This document shows positions 22,515 through 33,278 of a DNA stretch of 64,000 nt, in pieces; position 1 is the first letter of the stretch, and each line of letters begins with the position of its first letter. Source of the DNA: an uncultured Verrucomicrobiae bacterium (GTDB taxonomy: Bacteria; Verrucomicrobiota; Verrucomicrobiia; Chthoniobacterales; UBA10450); the NCBI GenBank assembly GCA_963772365.1, contig CAVYXA010000003.1:608001-672000 (forward strand). Reading direction: 5' to 3'. The translations under genes were made by a program, and so were the position numbers. The notes beneath the pieces are model-generated. The model did no database searches. It saw only the letters and a program-made list of their open reading frames with translations, and was not told the origin of the DNA.

Positions 22515-22540
22515 GATCGTCTCGCCGCGGCGAGACGATC
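22515..22540. repeat. perfect 26-bp palindrome gatcgtctcgccgcggcgagacgatc
   Basis: Direct reading; in the valS-murI divergent gap. Confidence 0.8.
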
Positions 22541-22585
22541 CACCCACTTGCGTTGCGCTCGCTTCACAATCAACTTGCCCGCTAC

Positions 22586-23407
22586 ATGAGCGATTCGCGG
22601 CCTATTGGAGTTTTTGACTCCGGCATTGGCGGTCTCACCGTGGCCAGAGCGCTGTGTAAGTTGTTGCCGAAGGAGACAATTTTTTACCTTGGCGATACGG
22701 CGCGAGTTCCCTACGGCAACAAGAGTGCCGAAACCGTTGAACGCTATAGCCTCGAACTGGCCGAGATGCTGATGCAGGAGAACGCGAAGATGATCGTCGT
22801 CGCCTGCAATACGGTCTCGTCGGTTGCGATCCCGAAATTACGCGCCAGCGTTTCCGTTCCGGTGATGGGCGTGATTGAGCCGGGAGCGCACGCAGCCATT
22901 GCTACTACGCGGAATCGCCATGTGGGGGTAATCGGAACACGCGCGACGATTCGCAGCGGCGCCTACGAGAACGCGTTGCGCGCGCTCAACATTCATGTGC
23001 GCGTCACGAGCCGGGCGTGTCCGTTACTCGTACCGTTGATTGAGGAAGGAATGCTGGATGATGAGCTGACCGATCAAACGATTGCGCGTTATCTCCAGCC
23101 GATGATTGACGAGGGGATCGACACCCTTGTGCTGGGCTGCACCCACTATCCATTGCTGGGCAAAGCGATCACCCGTTTCCTGGGCGATAAAGTTTCGCTG
23201 GTCGATTCGGCGCAAAATTGCGCGAATGCCGTACGCGATTTGTTGGATCGACAATCACTTCACGCCCCGGGACAAAGCGAAGGTGGTTTGCGTGTCGCCC
23301 TCACCGATGCGCCGGACACCTTTCTCGGCATTGCCCGTGATGCATTGCAACTCGACATCGGCAAGGTGCAATTGCGTGACGTCTTGCAGGATAGAGTCGC
23401 GCTGTAG
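22586..23407 (+). CDS. murI: glutamate racemase
   Basis: IGVFDSGIGGLTV, VACNT, LGCTHYP. Confidence 0.95.
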   Translation: MSDSRPIGVFDSGIGGLTVARALCKLLPKETIFYLGDTARVPYGNKSAETVERYSLELAEMLMQENAKMIVVACNTVSSVAIPKLRASVSVPVMGVIEPGAHAAIATTRNRHVGVIGTRATIRSGAYENALRALNIHVRVTSRACPLLVPLIEEGMLDDELTDQTIARYLQPMIDEGIDTLVLGCTHYPLLGKAITRFLGDKVSLVDSAQNCANAVRDLLDRQSLHAPGQSEGGLRVALTDAPDTFLGIARDALQLDIGKVQLRDVLQDRVAL

Positions 23408-23471
23408 CGGCGCTCTATGAGCGTCGCAAGCTTTGCTCCAAGAACAGCGACGGTCATAGACCACCGCTACA
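23403..23471. repeat. GTAG-type REP inverted doublet
   Basis: tgtagcggcgctctatgagcgtcg ... cgacggtcatagaccaccgctaca; near-identical copy at 33204. Confidence 0.8.
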
Positions 23472-23478
23472 GAGGAAG

Positions 23479-23835
23479 CTATGGAACCGAACGCCTCGCC
23501 TTCGTTTTCGGCAGACTGTTGACTACCAGCTCGTAGGAGTGGTCGATCATTTTGCGCAATTCCGTGTCCGGAATTCCGCTGTCAATCTCGACCGTGTTCC
23601 AGTGCTTTTTGTTCATGTGATATCCGGGCTGGACTTGTTCGTACCGGTCGCGCAGCTCCAGCGCCAGGTCAGGATCGCATTTCAAATTCGCCGTTATTGG
23701 AAAGCGTTCCAGCGATGTAAGCGCAAACATCTTGCCAGCAACCTTGAAAACGAGAACCTCCGGGCCAAACGGCGTGTCTTCGGTCGCGCCAGGTTTGCTC
23801 AGGCAATATTCGCGGAATTGTTCTTGATCCATCAT
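23479..23835 (-). CDS. MmcQ/YjbR family DNA-binding protein
   Basis: VFKVAGKMFAL, NLKCDP, PGYHMNKKHWN. Confidence 0.9.
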   Translation of the reverse strand: MMDQEQFREYCLSKPGATEDTPFGPEVLVFKVAGKMFALTSLERFPITANLKCDPDLALELRDRYEQVQPGYHMNKKHWNTVEIDSGIPDTELRKMIDHSYELVVNSLPKTKARRSVP

Positions 23836-23867
23836 CTCGTTATCCCGAGCGCGGCACATCTCCGCCT

Positions 23868-23959
23868 GTCATTCTGAGCGGAGCGGAGCGAAGTCGAAGA
23901 ATCCCGTGAAATTGCCTTCAGGTTTTGCAACGGGATCCCTCGACTCGGCTCGGGATGAC
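23868..23959. repeat. GTCA-tagged palindromic doublet, same family as the GIY-YIG element ends
   Basis: gtcattctgagcg...gcgaagtcgaagaatcccg ... cgggatccctcgactcggctcgggatgac. Confidence 0.85.
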
Positions 23960-25521
23960 TACGTGACTGCGTTTCTTAATCGGTCAGGCAAATCCTTGAT
24001 CGCAACACGCTCCTGCTTCATTGAGTCGCGGTCGCGAAGGGTGACGGTATCGCGGAGATTGGCGTCGCGTTCGCCGAGCGTCTCGAAATCAACCGTGATG
24101 CAGAACGGCGTACCGATTTCGTCCTGCCTTCGATAACGCCGCCCGATGGCGCCGCTCTCATCGTAAAAAACAGTCATGCGCGGCCGGAGAAGACCGACAA
24201 TCTCCTTCGCCTTGGCGACCAGTTCAGGCTTGTTCTTAAGAAGGGGAAAGATAGCGCACTTGATGGGCGCCATCCGTGGATGAAACCGGAGGACAAGGCG
24301 CGTTTCCATTTTGCCTTTTTCATCCGGCGCTTCATCTTCGGCGTACGCTTCGCAAATCAAAGCCAGCACCGTTCGATCGACTCCGGCGCTCGGCTCGATC
24401 ACGTGCGGGATAAATTTCTGTTTCGTTTCTTCATCGAAGTATTCCAGCGATTTGCCGCTCGCCTTCTGGTGCTGAGTAAGATCGTAATCGGTTCGATAGG
24501 CCACGCCTTCCAATTCCTGTCGGCCAAACGGAAAATCGTACTCGATGTCGTAGGTGCCTTTGGAATAAAACGCCCGTTCTCCGTCCGGCACGGTGAGCAC
24601 GTGGAGTTTTTCTCGCGGAACCCCGATGTTCTCGTAAAACTTCAGCCGCTCTTCCTTCCAATATTCGAGCAGCCGCATTCCCTCTTCGGCACGGCAAAAA
24701 TATTCCAGCTCCATTTGTTCAAACTCGCGCGAGCGAAACGTGAAGTTTCGCGGATTGATCTCATTTCGAAACGCCTTTCCGATCTGGGCTATCCCGAAAG
24801 GCAGCTTCTTGCGCGAGGTATCCAGAACGTTCTTGAACTGAACAAAAATTGCCTGCGCAGTCTCGGGACGTAGATAAGTAATCGCTGATTCGTCCTCAGT
24901 CGCGCCGACATAAGTCTTGAACATTAAGTTGAATGGACGCGGAGCAGATAATGGTGCACCACAATTCGCACACGAAGACTCGTCAAGGTTTGTTCGCGTG
25001 AGATTTCGGAAAACGTCGTAACCAGTAAATTGCGCTCCTAGGAAACTCGGATCGCGTTGACGGTATGCGAGCTGGACATCAGCAAGTTTTTTGATTTCCT
25101 TCTCGTTAGCGCCTCCTACGGGAAAAGTTACTGATGGAAGCAACTCTTCGCCGCGTTTGAACAAAACATTGTAAAAGAGCTGCAAGGGGGTGGAGTTGGC
25201 GATTTGATCGCTCCTGTAGCGTCGCTTACAGATCATGCACTCCACCATTGGGTCGCTAAACGTATCTTCGTGACCGCTTGCTTTCCAGACGGCGCGGTTC
25301 ATCAGGATCGAGCCATCCATGCCCACGACGTCGTCACGCTCATGGACCATCACCCGCCACCAATAATTCTTGAGATTGCGTTTCAGTTCGGCGCCTAACG
25401 GGCCGTAATCCCAGCAACCGTTCAGGCCACCGTAAATCTCACTCGATTGGAAAATGAAGCCGCGCCGCTTGCATAAGCTGACGATCTTTTCCATGCGCTG
25501 AGAGTCACCTGGCGTGCTCAT
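23959..25521 (-). CDS. glyQS: glycine--tRNA ligase, alpha2 type
   Basis: KRRGFIFQSSEIYGG, YLRPETAQ, FRNEI, IEPSAG, IGRRYRRQDEIGTP. Confidence 0.95.
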   Translation of the reverse strand: MSTPGDSQRMEKIVSLCKRRGFIFQSSEIYGGLNGCWDYGPLGAELKRNLKNYWWRVMVHERDDVVGMDGSILMNRAVWKASGHEDTFSDPMVECMICKRRYRSDQIANSTPLQLFYNVLFKRGEELLPSVTFPVGGANEKEIKKLADVQLAYRQRDPSFLGAQFTGYDVFRNLTRTNLDESSCANCGAPLSAPRPFNLMFKTYVGATEDESAITYLRPETAQAIFVQFKNVLDTSRKKLPFGIAQIGKAFRNEINPRNFTFRSREFEQMELEYFCRAEEGMRLLEYWKEERLKFYENIGVPREKLHVLTVPDGERAFYSKGTYDIEYDFPFGRQELEGVAYRTDYDLTQHQKASGKSLEYFDEETKQKFIPHVIEPSAGVDRTVLALICEAYAEDEAPDEKGKMETRLVLRFHPRMAPIKCAIFPLLKNKPELVAKAKEIVGLLRPRMTVFYDESGAIGRRYRRQDEIGTPFCITVDFETLGERDANLRDTVTLRDRDSMKQERVAIKDLPDRLRNAVT

Positions 25522-25599
25522 GATTTCCGCCACAGATGAACACAGATTGACGCAGATTCAATCCAAGAGAATGTGTGACGAGGCTTGTCCGTTCGTTCC

Positions 25600-25738
25600 A
25601 AAGCGGCGTCAAGCCGCCGCACTCCTAAAGCGCTTCGCGCAAAAAGAGACAATGCATTTCCCATTTCGCGAAGCTCGCCACGGGACGAGTCCGTCCGGAG
25701 GCGGACTTTCGGAGTGCGATGCGTCCTCGCATCGCTTT
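25600..25738. repeat. palindromic doublet, aaagcggcgtcaagccgccgcactcc / ggagtgcgatgcgtcctcgcatcgcttt family
   Basis: Two hairpins with gcactcc/ggagtgc tails in opposite orientation. Confidence 0.6.
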
Positions 25739-25765
25739 CGCACAGTCGCGGCGCAATAACTCAGA

Positions 25766-28006
25766 CTACTGCGGAGGTAGTCCGCTGCCGATATTCGCTT
25801 TTACGATCGCGGCATCACCCGCGTTGATGCTGCCGCTTGCATTCACATCAGATCGGAAATTCCCTGTGCCGACGGCCTGGCCGATCTGTGACTTCGCCAG
25901 CGCCACATCACCAGCATTGACGGCACCATTGTAATTCGTATCGCCGACAAGGACCCCCATTTGTATACTGATGTCATTGATGGCTGTTCCGTCGCTTACG
26001 CCGGAGAGTCTCAGAGTAATTGTCTGTGCGTTACTCACGCTGGCGAGATTCACAGTCAGAATTGTTGTTCCGTTTCCATCCGTTGAGGCCACGGAGCCGT
26101 TGCCCGAGGTGACTTGTGCGGTCTTGAAAGTGACCGGGCTGGCAAACGTAAACACCAGCTGATATTCTTGGTTTGCTCCGCCGCTACGACATTCGATGGC
26201 GGGTGTGCCGGTGAGCGGAAGATTGATGTCGAACGTTCCAGCGGCGCCGTGCACCTTTCGCGACACGACGCTTGTGGGCGCGATCGGCGGCACCACTTCG
26301 AACTGTGACATCATCCCATCATCTTCGTGTTCCAATATGTGGCAATGGAACATGTATTTGCCGAGATGATCGGTGAATTTCATTTTGAGCTCGAGCGTCT
26401 CGCCCGGACCCAACGCCCAGGTTTCTTTCATCGTTTCATACGGGTAGCACGGTCCACCATCACGACTGATGCACTGCTGATCCACATCGTGAATGTGCAC
26501 CATGTGCGTGACTTCCGTGGGATTTGTGAAAACCCACCTCTCGGTGGTGCCCAGCACCGGATGGGCATCGGTCCTATCGGGATCAAATTGCAAGCCGTTG
26601 ATCGTCCAATGCCCTCCTGTCTGATCGAAACTCCAGTTCCGCGTTACGGTTGGCTCCCCGATGTCGGGTAAGGGGCGAAGGGTCGAAGGAACTATGCTGT
26701 TGTCGGTGACATGCTGTGCGACGTGAAACTTTAGTAGCGGCGTCATCTTGTAGGCATCGATCAGGAACACGTCTTGTCCCAGCTTTCCGGCAAAATCGAC
26801 AACCACATCGAGCCGTTCCGCTGGCCCAACTTGCATCGCTGTGCGTGCCACTGGTGCTGGAAACAGGCCGCTCTCGGTCCCGATCTGTGTAAACGCGTCT
26901 CCCGTGCTCAGTGTTAAAATGTAAATTCGGGCGTTGGATCCATTAAAAATTCGGAACCGATACTTGCGGTCGGCGACTTCAAAGTACGGCTGATAAACGC
27001 CGTTGATCAGGATTTTGTCGCCAATAACGCCCGATGGATCGAAGTAATATTGGATCTGATTTTGTTCATCGAATTGGCGATCCGCTATCACCAGAGGCAG
27101 ATCATAACTGCCCGATGGAAGTGTCGCTGGTTCGGTCGGATCATCAATGATGTATAAACCGGTAAGGCCCATCCAGACAGTCATGCCAGTCTCGTCCAGG
27201 CGATGATCGTGGTAAAACTGGGTTTTGCCTTGGGTGTTCGCCCCAGCTTCGGTGCCCTCATACGTATAGGTGCGAGATCCGCCGGTCGGGATGAGGTAAT
27301 CCTCTCCTGTCACATAACCGTCATCGATCGCAGCCGAATGATTTCCATGATGGTGCACAGTCAGCGGACCTGCCACTAAAGGGAGATTATTCGTGAAAGT
27401 GACGTGAGTCACTTGCCCGGTCGGCCTTCGAATCGTGAGACCTGGGTAGGTGCCTCCGTAGGTCCACATATACGTGCAAGGCCCGTCCAGAATCGATACG
27501 TACGACTCCTGAATGCTGATCGGAACATCGGCAGCCGTTGCAACAGGAGGAAAAAGAAGAGGATGCGTCGTGAACGGTGTCGGCGTTGGAGTTGGCGTCG
27601 GTGTAGGTGTAGGAGTCGGCGTTGGCGTCGGAGTGGGAGTTGGCGTTGGCGTTGGCGTTGGCGTTGGGGCTACGACTGTAACGGTGCCCGTCATCATCGC
27701 TTCGTGAACCCTGCAGTAATAGGGATAGACTCCGATGGTCGGGAAGGTGAATGAGAAGGTGAATCCATTGTTGTGAATCCCAGAGTCAAAGATTCCGTTC
27801 GGATTGCCGGGCGTTCCGGAGGTCGCGCTGTGATTATTCCCGACCCAGTTCCACTGCACGGTATCGCCCGCCTGAATAATGACGGAGCTCGGATTGAACC
27901 GGTTGCCTCCTTGTCCAACTGAGACATTCGTCGTCGCGGCGTGAATGAGAACGGGCAACAGGACGAAAAATAAAGCGAGTGTGCGCAAGAAGTTTGGAAC
28001 GTGCAT
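25766..28006 (-). CDS. secreted multicopper oxidase with N-terminal cupredoxin, PT linker and C-terminal dockerin-like domain
   Basis: YYCRVHEAMM; (PT)n; HHHG, YHDH, HMVHIH, HCHILEHEDDGMM; GDTNYNGAVNAGD / DVNASGSINAGD. Confidence 0.85.
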   Translation of the reverse strand: MHVPNFLRTLALFFVLLPVLIHAATTNVSVGQGGNRFNPSSVIIQAGDTVQWNWVGNNHSATSGTPGNPNGIFDSGIHNNGFTFSFTFPTIGVYPYYCRVHEAMMTGTVTVVAPTPTPTPTPTPTPTPTPTPTPTPTPTPTPTPFTTHPLLFPPVATAADVPISIQESYVSILDGPCTYMWTYGGTYPGLTIRRPTGQVTHVTFTNNLPLVAGPLTVHHHGNHSAAIDDGYVTGEDYLIPTGGSRTYTYEGTEAGANTQGKTQFYHDHRLDETGMTVWMGLTGLYIIDDPTEPATLPSGSYDLPLVIADRQFDEQNQIQYYFDPSGVIGDKILINGVYQPYFEVADRKYRFRIFNGSNARIYILTLSTGDAFTQIGTESGLFPAPVARTAMQVGPAERLDVVVDFAGKLGQDVFLIDAYKMTPLLKFHVAQHVTDNSIVPSTLRPLPDIGEPTVTRNWSFDQTGGHWTINGLQFDPDRTDAHPVLGTTERWVFTNPTEVTHMVHIHDVDQQCISRDGGPCYPYETMKETWALGPGETLELKMKFTDHLGKYMFHCHILEHEDDGMMSQFEVVPPIAPTSVVSRKVHGAAGTFDINLPLTGTPAIECRSGGANQEYQLVFTFASPVTFKTAQVTSGNGSVASTDGNGTTILTVNLASVSNAQTITLRLSGVSDGTAINDISIQMGVLVGDTNYNGAVNAGDVALAKSQIGQAVGTGNFRSDVNASGSINAGDAAIVKANIGSGLPPQ

Positions 28007-28178
28007 GGAAGGGAACGGGTTTGAAGCTGGTGATCGTATTGAGTCGAAGGGTCGCGTCTAGCGGTATTTCGTGACTTTTTTGCCGATAATTGGCGACACC
28101 AATTGTGCGATAATTACACGCCACCGGCTATTATTTTTCTCGCCGCCTTTAGGCCCTCTCTGGCCCTCTCTTTGAGAG

Positions 28179-28631
28179 CTAGCCCTGCGGTTCGACTTTG
28201 ACTTCAGTTTTGACTGAATTGGCAATGAAACATTGCTCGTGGGCCATATGATTCATCTCCTCGAGCTCGGCTGCGCTGGGTTGTTTGTCTCCGGAGAATT
28301 TCAGCCGCTGTTTCAATGTCACGCGTGTGATTGCCAGTTTTCCCTCAGCATTCTTTTCCATAACGCCAATCGCTTCATCGACATATTCATCGAGCGCGAA
28401 CTTCTTTTTGCAGGCGATGGCTAGGAACGTAAGCATGTGACAACTCGAAAGCGACGCGACAAACGCTTCCTCCGGATCAACCTGTTTCGGATCGCCGAGA
28501 TACGCCGGCGCTGCCGAGGCCGTCATTTCATGGCCGCCATCGAACTTCCAAGTGTGATTGCGCGGATACTTCTGATATTCGAACGGTGCATCCCCGCGTT
28601 TCCAAGTGAGATTAACTTTATGCTCCGACAT
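28179..28631 (-). CDS. OsmC family protein
   Basis: DPEEAFVASLSSCHMLTFL, AHEQCFIANSV. Confidence 0.9.
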   Translation of the reverse strand: MSEHKVNLTWKRGDAPFEYQKYPRNHTWKFDGGHEMTASAAPAYLGDPKQVDPEEAFVASLSSCHMLTFLAIACKKKFALDEYVDEAIGVMEKNAEGKLAITRVTLKQRLKFSGDKQPSAAELEEMNHMAHEQCFIANSVKTEVKVEPQG

Positions 28632-28750
28632 GCTTCTAAATAGAACGGCTGCGAGCCTGGGGCAAGGGGCCAGCTTCAGAGGCGGACGCTTCTCCCGTTT
28701 CCCTGCTGACCCTCAATCTCTGCAATTTGCGGCATTACTGGCACCGATGC

Positions 28751-28779
28751 TTGCACGATTGGGCGCGTCTCTCTATTTT
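28751..28779 (+). promoter_or_regulatory. sigma70-like promoter before tRNA-like copy 1
   Basis: TTGCAC-17 nt-TATTTT; mirrored 98 bp downstream. Confidence 0.45.
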
Positions 28780-28797
28780 CTCGGCTTCTGAAAACTC

Positions 28798-28847
28798 GCG
28801 CGATTAGCTGAGTGGCGAAGCTGTCGCCGCCGGCGACAAGTCGCTGG
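28798..28847 (+). pseudogene. tRNA-Val-derived 5' copy, anticodon arm replaced
   Basis: gcgcgattagctgagtggcgaagct-gtcgccgccggcgac-aagtcgctgg. Confidence 0.65.
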
Positions 28848-28848
28848 C

Positions 28849-28877
28849 TTGCGTGAGAAGCGCTGCTCTTCTAGTTT
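28849..28877 (+). promoter_or_regulatory. sigma70-like promoter of tRNA-Val
   Basis: TTGCGT-17 nt-TAGTTT, 18 nt before the tRNA. Confidence 0.5.
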
Positions 28878-28895
28878 TCTCACTTCTGAAAACCC

Positions 28896-28967
28896 GCGCG
28901 ATTAGCTCAGTGGTAGAGCGCTTGCTTCACACGCAAGAAGTCGCAGGTTCGAACCCTGCATCGCGCA
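28896..28967 (+). tRNA. tRNA-Val(CAC)
   Basis: Acceptor GCGCGAT/ATCGCGC, anticodon arm CTTGC-TTCACAC-GCAAG, GGTTCGAACCC. Confidence 0.95.
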
Positions 28968-28993
28968 GAGCTTTTTCACACGCTTGCCGGTTC

Positions 28994-31162
<2,169 letters not shown>

Positions 31163-31319
31163 CGCCCATCTTTACCTTACAGGGCGATGAATAGGCAACT
31201 GTGCGCCCTCGGGCCTGAATCGCATTCCGCTGTACTTGGTGATCGCGCCTAGCAAAGCCAGCGCACAGCCGCCCTGGTTGTGGCCCAGGGCGGCGAAAAG
31301 CTTTGCGAGAGGACGGCTA

Positions 31320-32066
31320 CTAATCTCCAAACAGCCGCATATTCGCAGTAATGAAACCGTCGGTACAGAGCTTGGCTGAACCGGTAACGTTCATTCGCAT
31401 CGTGATTGCACTCTTAAACAGGTGGTTCACCTGCGACTCGGTCAGCCCGAAGGTGCTGCGGAATTGTGACTTCGTGAGACCGGTGTTCCCCACCCGAGCA
31501 AGATCCTCACGCATTCTTTGGCGATCGTTCACGTCCATGCGGCGATCGTCCCTAAAGCTATAGGCGAACACGCTGGTTAGTGTGCCATTAGCCGGCATGC
31601 CCGTGTTTGGATCGATGATGCAGGGATCCAATAACACATCGCTTTGAATGTCGACGGTAGCGCTAAACTGAAACAATCCCTGCGGCTGATCCACTCCAGT
31701 TGTATTCTCCAATTGGTAACCAATGAACATATTTAGAACCGGAAAAATCACGTCGCGCGTCGCCTTTGCCGGCAAACGGATTCGAGCAACATCCGAGGCC
31801 GCGAACGTTGTCACGGCCGGGGCGGAGTTTAATTGGAAACAGAAGCTATCTCCATTTGGCACTGGCGATGGCGTGGGCGTGGGCGCCGGACACGGATCGG
31901 TGGACAGTGTGACGAGACCGCTCGCTGCTCCCATGTAAATTGCCGGCCGCCCAAAGGTATCTGCGTCACCCACGTCGCCCGGGCTGGGCCCGGCTGCCCA
32001 CGCGGCCAAAGCAAATGCCAGCGTTGATAAAGTTACTGCCAGAATACTGATGTGTTTGATTTTCAT
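31320..32066 (-). CDS. hypothetical secreted protein
   Basis: Signal peptide MKIKHISILAVTL...AWA; no recognised domain. Confidence 0.6.
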   Translation of the reverse strand: MKIKHISILAVTLSTLAFALAAWAAGPSPGDVGDADTFGRPAIYMGAASGLVTLSTDPCPAPTPTPSPVPNGDSFCFQLNSAPAVTTFAASDVARIRLPAKATRDVIFPVLNMFIGYQLENTTGVDQPQGLFQFSATVDIQSDVLLDPCIIDPNTGMPANGTLTSVFAYSFRDDRRMDVNDRQRMREDLARVGNTGLTKSQFRSTFGLTESQVNHLFKSAITMRMNVTGSAKLCTDGFITANMRLFGD

Positions 32067-32241
32067 TGGTGTTGCCCTCCGCATTGATTTGATTTTGTCA
32101 GCGGCGGTCCGTCGCTCCAAGCCGGATCGAAGCTGACGTTTAAGCATCGTTCGATTCTAATCCAAAACGCAGTTCCCTGCACCGAAATCCTTTGATGATT
32201 CGCCGGTTGCAGGGAGAAGCATGCTTCGCAGGTTCACTGGC

Positions 32242-33102
32242 ATGAGGATATTTCACGATCCACGCTGCACGGAATATTCGATGCCTGGCCATCCGGAACG
32301 GCCGGCAAGAATTACGAACACAGTTCCCGTGTTACAAGATCGACATCGAACGTGGGAATGGCGTCGACCAAAGCCGGCCAGTGAACGGACGTTGCTTCGA
32401 GCGCACTCGCCGGAGCATATCGCGCGAATCAAATCGCCGGACCGGGATTTCGATGCTGACACGCCAGCTTATCCTCACATCTGCGAGCACGCGCTGCGTT
32501 CGGCCGGCGCGGCGGTCGATTCCGCGGAGGCGGCGCTAAAAGGAGATCGCGCCATTAGCTTGATGCGTCCGCCTGGACATCATGCCACGCGAGATCGTGC
32601 GATGGGTTTTTGCTATTTCAGCAATATCGCAATTGCCGCTTTTCACACCTTGGAGCATGGCGCACAGCGAGTGGCCATCTGGGATTTCGATGCGCATCAC
32701 GGAAATGGCACCGAAGCTATCGTCGCTAATCATCCTCAGATCGCGTTTGCCTCCATCCATCAATTTCCGGCGTATCCCGGCACAGGCGCAAAATCATTTG
32801 CGAACATCGACAATTATCCGGTCTCGCCGTATACGCCGCGCGAACAGCATGTCGATGTTGCCGAGCTCGCTTTAAATAAACTGCTGGGATTCGAGCCCGA
32901 CCTGCTTCTGGTTTCCGCGGGATTCGACGCTTACAAAGGTGATCCACTGGTCCAGATGACGCTCGAAACGGAAGATTTCGCCAAGTTCGGCGAATGGCTC
33001 CGTAGGATCGACATTCCTGCGGCTGCAATACTCGAAGGCGGTTACAGCGATGATCTCCCCGAATTGATCGACGCGTTTTTGACGAGTTGGTCCGGCCAAT
33101 AG
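32242..33102 (+). CDS. histone deacetylase family protein
   Basis: HPERPAR, RPPGHHA, DFDAHHGNGT, SAGFD, LEGGY. Confidence 0.95.
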   Translation: MRIFHDPRCTEYSMPGHPERPARITNTVPVLQDRHRTWEWRRPKPASERTLLRAHSPEHIARIKSPDRDFDADTPAYPHICEHALRSAGAAVDSAEAALKGDRAISLMRPPGHHATRDRAMGFCYFSNIAIAAFHTLEHGAQRVAIWDFDAHHGNGTEAIVANHPQIAFASIHQFPAYPGTGAKSFANIDNYPVSPYTPREQHVDVAELALNKLLGFEPDLLLVSAGFDAYKGDPLVQMTLETEDFAKFGEWLRRIDIPAAAILEGGYSDDLPELIDAFLTSWSGQ

Positions 33103-33122
33103 ATAGTCCAAGCTCACGAAAG

Positions 33123-33196
33123 CGGGCTGTAGTTCAGCTTGGTAGAACGCTTGAATGGGGTTCAAGAGGTCGTGGGTTCAAATCCCGCCAGCCCGA
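33123..33196 (+). tRNA. tRNA-Pro(GGG)
   Basis: CGGGCTG/CAGCCCG acceptor, CTTGA-ATGGGGT-TCAAG anticodon arm, GGTTCAAATCC. Confidence 0.95.
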
Positions 33197-33203
33197 CATT
33201 CTT

Positions 33204-33271
33204 TGTAGCGGCGCTCTATGAGCGTCGGCGTTTTGGCGGCAAGTTTGCGACGGTCACAGACCGCCGCTACA
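33204..33271. repeat. GTAG-type REP inverted doublet
   Basis: tgtagcggcgctctatgagcgtcg ... cgacggtcacagaccgccgctaca. Confidence 0.8.
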
Positions 33272-33278
33272 GGAAAGC

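Noticed and set aside
22001..22585. 195-aa N-terminal extension of MurI
   Set aside because: Antisense shadow of valS plus intergenic DNA; the real start is ATG 22586.
27576..27668. Tandem hexamer-like GGCGTT repeats
   Set aside because: Codons for the Pro-Thr linker of the oxidase.
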